Shown: positions 26,394 to 38,324 of the stretch, piece by piece
Numbering within the stretch: position 1 is the first letter of the stretch
Layout of the letters: the number at the start of each line of letters is the position of its first letter
DNA from: Mobula hypostoma
Taxonomy: Eukaryota
Assembly (NCBI RefSeq): GCF_963921235.1
Contig: NC_086122.1
Location: forward strand, 20,584,001-20,648,000
Reading direction: 5' to 3'
DNA length: 64,000 bases
Position numbers and translations under genes: made by a program
Notes under the pieces: generated by a model
What the model saw: only the letters and a program-made list of their open reading frames with translations
The model's database searches: none
What the model was told of the DNA's origin: nothing

Positions 26394-27396
26394 TAGTACC
26401 TTGCTCAGGCTAGGATGACTAGACCTGGCTCTGTACCTAGTGCTCCTTCACTCTATGCAGTGCATCTTCTGCTGCTCCTGATGGCTAAAGAACTTGGATT
26501 TACACTTTGCAAGAGCCATGTGATCGTTTCATTCCACCTACATCCCAAAGGCATCAGCTCTGAAAATGCAGTTCCTCTCTTTAGGCAGTATCTGTGGAGG
26601 AAAATGGACAGTGGGTGCTTCAGATCAAGACCCTTCATTTCGACTGCTTTTTGTCATCTGCTATCACTTGTATCTTCAAGATGAGGGGCAACTGGATTGA
26701 TGCGATTTCTCTGCTTGAGTCTCGATATTGGGCAACGTTACTTCAAAATAGGCAGGTACTGACGATGACGAACTAAGGAGCTGCAGAGTGGGATAACTCT
26801 GATCTCACTTACATGTTCCCACAACCCTAAATAAGATTCATCCACAAAGTACCACTCTACTTTTCATAGTTCTCTAATTCAGCTGACAGACTTTTTGCCC
26901 ATCTGTACTCACTCTGCATTAATATAGCCGGTCCATTGGAGCAGAAAATCTCTCCACTCCCAACACAATTTGATTTTCTGTGGGTGGCATTGCTGATCAG
27001 CTGGAAATCACGATGTGCAACAGCACCACCGGCAGGAAGAATGCAAACTTTGCAGCGAATTCATGAAACTTAAAGTATTGCTTTTAAGTCATATCTTTCA
27101 CAACCTTAGAACGATCCAAACTGTTTTACCGCACACTTATAATATTTTATCTGGAAGATCTTAAATATAGGTAAATCTGCTTTTCAACTGGAGTTGTTGT
27201 TGGAGAACAGACAACTTTGCCCCGAAGGCACTTAATTGATTGTTCTGTTTCTCCCGTTGTGTCGGCGAGATTCCGCAAAGAAACAGCATGTTGGCTATTT
27301 GAACCTGTGCTGCGCCATTCACCCATTTACAGCAATCCTACGTCAATCCCACCTACCAACTTCCCCTTGATTCTACTGCTCTCCCACGCTCCAGAG

Positions 27397-27476
27397 CAGG
27401 GGTTCCCAACCTTTTTTATGCCATGGACTAATACCATTAAGCAAGGGATCTGTGGACCCCAAGTTGGGAACCCCTG
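27397..27476. mobile_element. 80-bp hAT (Charlie-type) MITE
   Basis: TIRs CAGGGGTTCCCAAC / GTTGGGAACCCCTG; degenerate 8-bp TSD CTCCAGAG / CTCTAGAA. Confidence 0.85.
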
Positions 27477-27954
27477 CTCTAGAATTAATATGCATTGACC
27501 ATTTAGCATGCCAACCAGCACAAATTTGGAATGTGGGAGAAAACTAGAGCACATGCAGGAAATCTATATGTTACAGAGCGTATGCAAGGTGAGGATTAAC
27601 TCCAAGTCTTTGGTGCCACAAGGTAGTAGCTGCACTAGCTGCATAACTGTGCAGCAAGGGGTGGGGAAGAGGAAGTAGATGTTGATCTTAATGTACTCTC
27701 GGTAGGACTGCAATGTTTTTATTTGAAATGAAAAGGCCATGAAACTCTCAGTTTACAAAATATTCGAAAAATGTTCATCGACGAATACTGTTTTCCCACC
27801 GCACACAGAAATGTGTACTTAGATTATGGGTTCAAATCACTAGCATGGCTTTGTGCCCGTGATCTTCTGACTCAGAATTGAAGTTACTGACACTAAGCCA
27901 CAATGACACTTTTTTTTTGTTAACTTCCTGTTTCCTTTCTCTCTCCCTGAACAG

Positions 27955-28073
27955 AAGGTGGCAAGGGTATTTGACAACTTTAGTTCCTCAAGGTTTCTCA
28001 GAATGAGAGGAGGCGAACGGCAACGAATCTCAAAGGAGCACAATAGAAGCCACTTGTAGACTCTGACCCCTCG
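27955..28073 (+). other. Candidate non-coding 5'UTR exon of the connexin gene
   Basis: Long polypyrimidine tract ending tccctgaacAG (tandem cag/aag acceptor) and consensus donor tcg|GTAAGT at 28074; all three frames contain stops; lies in TE-poor sequence. Confidence 0.45.
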
Positions 28074-28448
28074 GTAAGTTATTTATCTCACAATAATTTG
28101 CTGAAGTTCAGCGAGGTAAAAATGTCATTGCCCTCTGAACACCACTGTTCCGCAAGTAGAAGTTAAAGTTCTCTTAAAGTCTCTAAAATTTTACTTTTTC
28201 TAATTCATTAACAAACTACAGATAAGACATTTTCATGCTGTATTAAGAAGAAGGGAATGTTTTTGAAATAGAGGTGCTATTGTTGCATTAGATTGAAAAT
28301 GTGGAGATCAACAAATGCCCTTTAAATCTTAGGACACTGTAATGCTTTCGTTCCTTATCTTCTGCTTGTAGCAAACTTAAATTATGTTGGCAGTCTCAAC
28401 CAAAGTGGAAATATCCAAAACAGTAAAGAAACGCCACCTACCAGCCTA

Positions 28449-29279
28449 CACTCTGTGGTCATTTTATTAGATGCACCTGCACACCAGATTATGATAGCAA
28501 ATATCTAATCTGCCAATGACCTGGCAGCAACTCAATACATAAAAGCACGCAGACATGGTCAAGAGGTTCAGTTGTTGTTCAGACCAAACATCAGAATGGG
28601 AAATAAAGGTGATTTGTTTTACTTTATTGAGATACGACAGGAAATAGGCCCTTCCGGCCCTTCAAGTCGCGCCACCCAACAATGCTTCGGTTTAACCCTA
28701 GACTAATCACGGGACAACTTACAATTTACTAACTGGTATGCCTTTGGACTGTGGGAGAAAACTGGAGAACCCAGAGGAAACCCACGCAGTAACGGGGAGA
28801 ACGTACAATCTCCTTACAGACAGGGACGGGAATTGAACCCTACTGTAAAGCGTTGTGCTAACCACTACGCTACGGTGCTACCCCACTTAAGTGACTTTGA
28901 CTGTGGAATGGTGCCAGGTAGGGTGTTTTGTATCTCTCAGCAAATGCGGATCTCCTCGGATTTTCATGTACAACAGTCTCTCGAATTTACAGGTAATGGT
29001 GCAAGTAACATCTAAAAGAAAACATCTAGTGAGCAGTAGTTCTGTGAACCAAAATGCCTTGCTAAAGAAAGAGGTCACAGGAGAATGGTTAGACTGGTTC
29101 AAGGTGACAGTAACTCAAATAACCACACATTACAGTGGTAGTGTTCAAAAGAGCATCTCTGAACACACAACATGTCAAAACTTGCACTGCATGGGTTACA
29201 GCAGCAGAAGACCATGAAGATACATTCAGTGGCCACTTTTTAAGGTACAGGAAGTACCTTATAAAGTGGCTATTGAGTT
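28449..29279 (+). mobile_element. Non-autonomous Tc1 derivative with transposase N-terminus, interrupted by a SINE
   Basis: TIRs with TA flanks; remnant LSDFDCGMV...TVTQITTHYSGSVQKSISEHTTCQNLHCMGYSSRRP (Tc1 DNA-binding region). Confidence 0.85.
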
Positions 29280-29311
29280 TATACTTTGCCATTTCCAAAA
29301 TTTAAAGATAA

Positions 29312-29968
29312 GGAGGAGGAGAAGATGGCAGCGCAACGCAGCACGCAGCGGCCACTCCGGTGAATGATATCTGTTATCTGTCAAGTAGCGTGCCATGCAC
29401 AATCCTGATTTGATGGAGACAGACGTGAGAGCACGGAGGAACATCTGGAGAAACTTCTGAAATGCCTTCTTCGCTGCCGCTGCTACTGTGTGATCCAGAA
29501 TCTCCGGAGGGGAAGGCCCTGAGTCCTCGGCTTTGCTTGTTGCTCGGCAGAGATGGTGCTCGGTGCTCGGTGTCGGAGGGCTGGTCGGAGGCTCGAAGTT
29601 TTCGGACGGACTCAGAGTCGGCTGTGGTCGGGTGCTTCCAATGCATCGGCAGTTGTCGGCTCCTGGAAGTTTATGACAGGGAGAGTTTCTCCCTCTTGCC
29701 TCCTGCTATCGGGAATATTGGGAGTCGATTGGAACTTTGAGACTTCTTTTTTACCGTGCCTATGGTCTGCTCTTTATCAAATTATGGTATTGCTTTGCAC
29801 TGCTGTAACTATATGTTACAGTTATGTGGCTTTGTCAGTGTTAGTCTTTGATTTGTCCTTTTTTTTGTGATATCACTCTGGAGGAACATTGTATCATTTC
29901 TTAATGCATGCATTTCTAAATGACAATAAACGAGGACTGAGTGTCCTCATAATCTAACCTATATCTAA
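29312..29968 (+). mobile_element. Same non-autonomous retroposon (copy 2)
   Basis: Aligns end to end with 21102-21775 apart from small indels. Confidence 0.75.
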
Positions 29969-31764
29969 ATACAGAGAGACAGGATATAAAAGGATAAAAC
30001 CACCTCAGTTGAATAGGTACTGATGAGAACTGTGGATTAATGGTAACAGGAGCCCATCTCAAAAGGATTGCAGGTTCCAGAAATAAAGATGGTAATCTGA
30101 CATTAAGGACAGCCTCCTTCTGAAAGTGGATTTTCTGCATTTTTCAACAGGAAGAAGGGAAATTCATCAGGTATTGAATTGCACTATAATTGAACTGGGT
30201 GTACTTGGAATTACTGCTCAATAGAAAGTGCTAAACCTGAAGATCAGGTACTGAGACTGATAAGCTCTTAAATTGTCCCATAAAATATATATATTTACAA
30301 GTTAATCCCACTGTCAGCAGAATCAATCATTCACTTCCGTAATATGCAGCAAAGAAGCAATTTATGTGACTTTGGCTGGTTTTCAAAAAGCACATCACCC
30401 ATTCTGTGCAGAGTGTATTTTACATTATACATGTCTGGGAGATGATTCATGCTAGTGATGATATACGTTCATCAACGTAATGCTCTCAAATACATCCTCC
30501 GTTCTCTGGCCCAACCCAAGCTGAACAAAGATCCAGACACACCCCGTTGCAGGGCAGGTGGTAACATGAATAAAACTGAATGTCAGTCAATAGATTCGTA
30601 GGCAGCGAAGAAAATCAGAATGTGTTCAGGTTTCTGCTAATCTAATTTGCTGCTTCTACATGGTTGGGGACCTGGAAACCTGTAGTTTCTAAACTCTCTG
30701 GTAAGTTTCTCTGAACTTCCTTACTGTTGCGTCCTTCAAGCTTCCTTCATTTTCCAGGGACAAATAAAAAGGTACTGTTCTGTTTTTATTTAATCTAGAC
30801 GTATGTTTAGCTGATATTCTAAATCCTTCATTACTGACAAAAACAGTCACTGGAAAACAGGAGGTTGATGTTTCACTGGACTCATGGCATCCAATTAGTA
30901 TTTTTAAAATATCTGCACACTCACCTTTAAAATCCAACTGTACAGTGACTACAGTATCCTATCAAGGGGATTTGTAGGTGCTAGAATTCAGAAAGGATTT
31001 TCAATTAAAACTGTGGCTGTTCTCTCTGACAAACAACTGCTTTGAGGAGGAATTATGAATGTACAAATACGTCGGTAATTGGATCTCCCCAATTGCAAAC
31101 ATACCAGAAATAATTTATTAATAAAATGTGGGGTGACTCATTTTACGAACACGTCCCTTTAGCTGCCTTGTTACTTATAGATCTGTACCTCATTAGAGCC
31201 ATCTTTGGAAGCCAATGGAGGAAAAGACTGATAAATAAAGGACATGGGTAAAGAATAAAGGGTATGTACACTGACCATCACTCTGTTGAATAATGGTTCA
31301 ATTTTGCAAACCCTTGAGTATTCTGTTTTAGTGATTTAAAGTTACACCATAAACCAGTTAAGCTGCTCATTCATGAACTTTCACTAGCATTATTTTACTT
31401 CTGATTGATAGCGAGCGTGATCCAGTGAACCGGGAGTAAGCTCAAAAATCAGTATCTTGGATTTAACGTTTTAGTTAAAACAGAAAAATTGCCAGTATTC
31501 AACAGCTTGAGGGAACTTTCTCTCAATATCCTCATCGTATTGCTGATGCTTAAAACTCTTTTATCAAAGGTTTATTGATAGTGCTTGAATTGATCACCTA
31601 ATTCTTTTGTCCTCTCTTCCCTCAACTTGCAACCATTCTGCATTTATTAAGAGGGTTTTGATTTATCATTTTAATAGTTAAAATTACAAAGTGTCACTAT
31701 TTATCCCATCTTGAAGAAATTATATTTTCCTTTTGCACCTTCTTTGCTCCCTTGTTACCACACT

Positions 31765-31865
31765 GACATGTCGGCTGAGATATGTATGACTAAACTGTTG
31801 GAATGGGATTTGAACCCATAAGCTTTTCGCACAGAAGCAAGAGTCCAACCAACAAAGCTACAGAT
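31765..31865 (-). mobile_element. Old tRNA-derived SINE head (DeuSINE-like)
   Basis: gggatttgaaccc is a reverse B box, followed by a degenerate tRNA-like region. Confidence 0.4.
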
Positions 31866-32680
31866 GACAAGCAGCAACAGTGTAAACTCTACATACAAAG
31901 AAAAGAACTTCGTTTTTTTCCCCATAGTGAACATCTATGCACTCAGTTCTTGATATTTTATGGTGGTTGGATTGTAGGTAAGACCTGGTGAGATGACAGT
32001 AAGATAATACTTGCTCTTATGTATAAGCAAAAAAAAACTACATTGGCAAGAAAAAGACAAAATGAATGGAAAGACAGCAGTACAATTGGGACCAGAGAGA
32101 GTTAAAGTGGAATGGAATGTAACTTGAGTATAATTGAGAAAGCTAGTGAGTGAAAATATAGCCCATTTCTTGCCAACATTTTGTTAAACTTCAGCGCACT
32201 GCAGCACTTCAACAATGCTAAACTTTCCGTTGCTGGGCAGGGGTAGACTTGAAGGCACACCGCAAGTAGCTTAGGAAAAACTGTGGCTGCATTTCGTTTG
32301 ATTCTCCCAGCTCCACCTAAATTAATCACAAGATGTTTCATTCTACTTTTTGTTAATTTTTTGAGCAACATAGGGAGAGGAACAAGCTACTCGTTTTCTG
32401 GAGCCTGCTCATTATCCAATTAGATCGTTATTCAACTGTATCTTTCTATGCATCATGTTATTGCGGAACAAACTTCCATCAATTTCAGCTTTGAAATTTT
32501 CATTTGATGTAACCTCCAATGTTTTATAGAGAAAGAGAGCTTCAGAGAATTTTAACCTGAAGTCTTTATTTCCAATGACTTCACATAATAACTTTCAATT
32601 TTAAGACATTATCACACAATGCCCACATCCAATCTAACCAGTCTATAACGAATCCATATTTCAGTCAGATGTTATATTAC

Positions 32681-32993
32681 GTGTCCTGAGGGCATGTAGC
32701 CAAGTGGTTAAGGCATTCGACTATCGACCTGAGGGTCATCAGTTCGAGCCCCAACCGAGGCAGCGTGTTGTGTCCCTGAGCAAGGCACTTAACCACACAG
32801 TGCTCTGCGACGACACTGGTGCCAAGCTGTATCGGTCCTTGCCCTTCCCTTGGACAACATCAGTGTCGTGGAGAGGGGAGGCTTGCAGCATGGGCAACTG
32901 CCAGTCTTTCATACAACCTTGCCCAGGCCTGCGCCCTGAAGAGTGAAGACTTTCCAGACACAGATCCATGGTCTTGCAAGACTAACGGATGCC
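32681..32993 (+). mobile_element. tRNA-derived CORE-like SINE
   Basis: A box TAGCCAAGTGG, B box GTTCGAGCC, CORE-like gtgtccctgagcaaggcacttaacc; 8-bp TSD TATATTAC (32673-32680, 32994-33001). Confidence 0.85.
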
Positions 32994-34560
32994 TATATTA
33001 CTTGTAAACATCACATTTACATAGAAGCCAGAAAAGGACGTTATTTTATGACTTATTCCTTCAACATGACCACAGATGGTTCTCAGATTGTTCAGGCTTG
33101 CCCATGATTATCTGTCATGGTCTTCTCTGATGGAAAATTTCAGTCATTGTCATAATGAAAAGCTCTCACACTAGTCAGGTTAACTAATTCTGTTGCTGCC
33201 TAAGCATATGGGTTTCCAAAACGTTCCATTGTGATAGATATTCATTTCTTTGTTGATTGCTAATCTTACTTTCTAAACACAGAGGCTGCCACTTATAACA
33301 TAAAAATGATGTAAATAAACTTCCAATTAACAGTTTGCTTAGTTTCTGGTCATAACTATAAGCCAGTCTTCAGTTCTGTAGGTGTAAATGGCAAGCAGAA
33401 ATCAGTCTGAAGTTAACAACGCAGCTTTGCAAATATGCTCTGTATTTAGAAGGTGCTTTGTGAGAAGTAGGACGTAGCTCACTGCACCTGTTTTAACACT
33501 GCTCCAGAATGCGGTGTAGGACAATGTAATTTAATTCGGGTTGTTTCAAATGGACAAGCTGACTCTAAGTTGCTTAGTTCAAAGAAGCTTGCAGACCAGA
33601 TGGATAAAATCACTTATCATGTCAAATAATTGATCTATTAAGTTGAGAGTTTTCTGTCCTCGGGAAATTAGCCTTACAACATTTACAGCATAAATTTCAA
33701 ACTCTGAACAATAAGCTAAGATCTACAGTCTGTCTCCAAGATGCTTTTAGACCATTTGCGTTAAAAGGATATCTGAGGAAATATTATACACGGGTGAAGT
33801 CACTCAAGTTGAAGGAAAAGAGCATAGATATAAAGAGCAGTTCAGGCATATTAGAAATGGGGTAAGGAACATCAAGAAATATGGAAGAAGTACGGAGTGA
33901 ACTAGAATCCATTCCTCTGGCTTCAAGTTTTGTGATGGACGGCTGATTATTCTGCAACGTGGCAGTATGTCTTTTTAGTTTATAGGAATTATATCTGTGC
34001 TTTGGAAATCCATTGTGCTTTGTTTTTTTTTAGACATGCTTTGTGTTTTAGAAATGGTTTATAATTTGACAATGTTTAAGATAGAATATTTCTGTGAATT
34101 GTCAATATGTTTTAAGAGTGTTGTTTGGATTTAAACTGAAAATTAATGAATTGTGTTTTAAACTTCTTTGTTAGAAGTATCTTCTCCTTGGTAGGGAGAG
34201 GCGACCCGCTGTATGAATAGTGGGTATTGGCGGCTAAACTTGCCATGGAGAATAAACAGGGAAACGAACTAGTATTGGAAGATTAGGTAGTTAGAGTATA
34301 ATCTCCCTTTAGTGAGAATAACTGTGGCTATTTATATCCAATAGGCCTTCACATCCTCATCAGTCATCAGTTAACTTAAGCAGCTTTCCCTGCATCCAGG
34401 TATTGTGGCCAGGAAAAGTGTAGAACTCTGTCACATATAGCACTTAGTTTTAAGACAAAGGGCAGAATGTATACAGGTGTACATGTGTAAGCTGAACAGT
34501 TTGACTCAGTTAACTGCCAAGTATGATTCAAATTCTTGAATACAACAGCTTATGGGGCTG

Positions 34561-35620
34561 TCATTGACGTTGTCCTCATCTGCACCTCCTCCATTTCCCG
34601 AACATCCGCTCTCACCCCATCCTCCCACATCTTCTCTCCATCCCCCTGCCACTTGCAGGCCAAATGGATAAGATCACATCATATCAAATATCTGATCTAT
34701 TAAGTTGGGAGTTCCTCTTGTCCTTACCTACCACCCAAGAGCCTTCGCATCCAACACATCATTCTCTGCAGCTTCTGCTGTCTCCAAAGGGATCCTACCA
34801 CCAACACCTCTCCCCTTCTCTGTGCATTCAGCTGGGATCTCTCCCTCCTTGATGCCCTGGACTCTCCCTCATGTCACTTATCCCTGCAAGCAGGCAAAGT
34901 GCCCATTCACCTCCTCCCTCGCCTCCACTCAGGGCCCCAAAAAAAGTCCTTCTCGGTGAGGTAAAACTTCACCCGTGGATCTGTGGGTGTTGTCTATTGT
35001 GTCTCATGCTCCCGATGTGGTCTCCTCTGCATTGGTGAGACTCGTTGTAGATTGGAGGACCACTTCATCAAGGCCTTCTGCTCCATCTGCAAAAAGCAGA
35101 ACTTCCCGGTTGCCAAACATTTTAATTCCCGTTCCCATTCCTACATGTCGGTCCACAGCCTCCTCTTGTGCCATAGTGAAGCCACCCTCAGGGTGCAGGA
35201 GTAACACCTTATATTCTGTCAGGGTAGCTTCCAAACTTATGGCATGATGGCATGAACATTGATTTCTCTTTCCAGTTTAAAAAAATGTCCCTCCCCCTCA
35301 CCTTTTATTCTCTTCCCCACTCTTGCCTCTTACCTCTTCTCACCTGCCTATCACTTCCCCCGGATCCCCTCTTATTTCCCTTTCTCCTACTGTCCACTCT
35401 CTTCTCGATCCGATTCCTTCCTCTACAGCCCTCTTCTTTTCCTACCCACCAGGCTTCACCCATCACCTTCTAGGCATCCTCTTTCCCCTGCCCCCATCTT
35501 TTTACTCTAACATCTTCTCCCTTCCTTTCCAGTCCTGAAGAAGGTGTCCTGGCCCAATATGTTCATTTCCATAGATGCTGCCTGACCTTCTCAGTTCCTC
35601 CAGCATTTTGTGTATTGTTT
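34561..35620 (+). mobile_element. Penelope-like element 3' part with GIY-YIG endonuclease remnant
   Basis: VPLVLTYHP, TYPCKQAKCPFT, VVYCVSCSRCGLLCIGETRCRLEDHF...PVAKHFNS; pyrimidine-rich 3'UTR and degenerate hammerhead terminus. Confidence 0.9.
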
Positions 35621-35684
35621 TGGGGTTTACACTCATTGTAGCTGTGGTTGTTCTAAGCACCTCACCAAGTTGATCAGAGGCAGT

Positions 35685-36180
35685 GCAGAGGAGGTTCAGC
35701 AGCCTGATTCCAGAGATGAGGGGGTTAGACTATGAGGAGAGATTGAGTCGCCTGGGACTGTACTCACCAGAATTCAGAAGAATGAGAGGAGATCTTATAG
35801 AAACAAATAAAATTATGAAAGGGATAGATAAGGTAGGAGCAGAAATCTTGTTTCCATAGGAAGGTGAGACTAGAACCGGGGACATAGCCTCAAGATTCAG
35901 GGGAGTAGATTTAGGACGGAGATGAGAAGGAAATGCTTTTCCCAGAGAGGGATGGATCTGTGGATTTTTTTCCCACTGAAGCAGTGGAGTACCTCAGTAA
36001 TTATATTTAAGCCAAGGTTGGATAGATTTTTGCTTAGTAGGAGAATTATGAGTTATGGGGAAAAGGCAGGTAGGTGGAGATGAGTTCATGGTCAGATCAG
36101 TCATGATCTTATTGAATGGTGAAGCAGACTCAATGGGCCGAATGGCTTACTCCTGCTCCTATTTCTTATGTTCTTATGTT
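35685..36180 (+). mobile_element. CR1 LINE 3' fragment
   Basis: CR1 C-terminal coding remnant and (TTCTTATG)n tail. Confidence 0.85.
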
Positions 36181-36509
36181 ATTCTTAGTAGATCTCTTCA
36201 CCTCTAAACACTGGTTTAACTTTCCTTCAAATACTACTAATAGCCACTCGGTATATTCAAAATAAAGATCCTGCGGCAATACCTGGTTCCCCTTGGGACA
36301 GTTTGTTTTCATTGGCTCAGGTTGGGCTCAAACACAAATTTCAGAGGTGAAGGAACTTACAAAGAGAAAACTAAATTTTGTTTGCCCAATGAAAGTCAGC
36401 TCGGATCTGCCATTTGCAGCATACTCCCTGTTGTAGCTTTCCATTGACATCAGCACAAAATAAAATTGAGCTAGAAATAAAACGAAATACAATCTGAACA
36501 GAATATTTT

Positions 36510-38280
36510 TAACCAGAGTGAAGAATCGAGTCCAGTGTCATATACACAGTTACTGTATATGTAAGCACGGATGCCATGAAAAGGTTACAGCCACAGCACG
36601 GGCACACAGTGTTTATTCACAAGAAAAGCATAAAATAAACATAAATTTTGCAGAAAGTAAACAAAAAAGAACTCATTTAGAACTGAGAAAAGCATTTCAA
36701 TTGTAGTGCGAAACAGTCGAAGTTGTTATTGCATTGCTATGCTAAGGCAGTGATTACAGTTGTGCAGGGCAGCTCAGGAATTAAAAGGTTGAAGGAAAAT
36801 GCTGTTCTTGAAGCTGGCATTGTGGCACTGCAGGTTTCTGTGCCTCCTAACCAATGGAAGCTGTGAGAGAATGGCAGATATTACCTTCCTGAGGCACAAC
36901 CTTACATAGATACTTTTAATGATGGCATTGCTTAACCAGGTGTGTACTGCCTTGCTCCTGCGGGCTGGCTCGTCTCCATCTGTGATCCAAACCAACAATA
37001 GTAGTATCATCGGCAAATTTGTGTATGGCATTGAAGTTGTGCCTAACCACACACTCATGTGGATATATAGGGAGTAGAGCTGGAGGCTAAGCACACAGCC
37101 TGGATGATGTTGTGTTGATGGCCAACAAGGAGATGTTGTTACCAATCTTCACTGGTTGAACTCTGCTAATGAGAGGGTTGGGGACCTCATTGCAGAGGGA
37201 GACACAGAGTCCCAGAAGCTCAGTGAAGCTCAATTAAGATCATGCAATGCTGGACAAACTCATCAAGTGAGGCAGCATCTATGGACGAGAATAATCAGAG
37301 GCAGAAACAGGTTTAATATCATTGGCACATGTCGTGAAATCTGTTAACTTGGCAGCAGCGGTGCAATGCAATACATGACAAAATAGGGAATATAAGTAAA
37401 TCAATTACAGTAAGTATATATATGTGTGCAATAAATAGTGAAATTAAAAATAGTGCAAAAACAGAAATAATAAAAGTGAGGTAGTGTTCATGGGTTCAAT
37501 GTCCATTTAGAAATCAGATGACAGAGGAGAAGAAGCTGTTCCTGAATCGCTGAGTGTGTGCCTTCAGGCTTCTGTACCTCCTACCTGATGGTAACAATAA
37601 GAAGAGAGCATGTACCTGGCTGATGGGGGTCCTTAATGATGGATGCTGACTTTCTGAGACATCATTCCTTGAAGATGTCTTGGATACTATGGAGACTAGG
37701 AGCCAAGAGGAGATGACTAATTTTACAGCTTTCTGTAGGTTTTTTTGATCCTGTGCTGTAGCACATCCCCCCCACCACCCTCACACCAGACAGCAATGCA
37801 GCCTGTCAGAATGCTCTCCACAGTACCTCTGTAGTAGTTGTCAAGTGTCTTACATGACAAACCAAATCTCCTGAAACTCCTAATGAAATATAGCCCTGTC
37901 TTGCCTTCTTTATAGCCGCATCGATATGCTGGGACCAGGTTAGATCCTCAGAGGTCTTGATAGGCAGGAACATGGAATTGCTCAGTCTCTCCACTCCTGA
38001 ACTCTCTGTGAGGATTGGTTCATGATCCCTCGTCCTACACTTTCTGAAGTCCACAATCAACTCTTTGATCTTACCGATGTTCAGTGCAAGGCTGTCATTG
38101 CAACACCATTCATCTAATTGGTATACCTTGCTCCTGTACACCATCCCATTTTCATCTGAGATTGTGCCAACAATGGTTGTATCCTTAGCAAATTTATTAA
38201 TGCCATTTGAGTCATGGGTATAGAGAGAGTAGAGCAATGGGCTAAGCACACATTCCTGAGGTGCACCTATGTTGATCACT
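36510..38280 (-). mobile_element. Two Rex/Babar LINE fragments; the second (37300-38280) splits a Penelope terminus
   Basis: [19 protein letters not shown]...KFAKDTTIVG; PGCVLSLQLYSLY. Confidence 0.8.
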
Positions 38281-38324
38281 CGAAGTTTCAGGCCTTGACT
38301 ACTTATCAGACATCAGGTTACTAC

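Noticed and set aside
32691-32765. tRNA gene (also at 57830-57900, 60201-60270 and V-SINE heads)
   Set aside because: The A/B boxes run directly into SINE bodies, several with TSDs, and I see no proper acceptor stem.
33825-33870. TATA-like motif followed by a GTAAGG donor as connexin exon 1
   Set aside because: The spacing would leave an exon only a few bases long.
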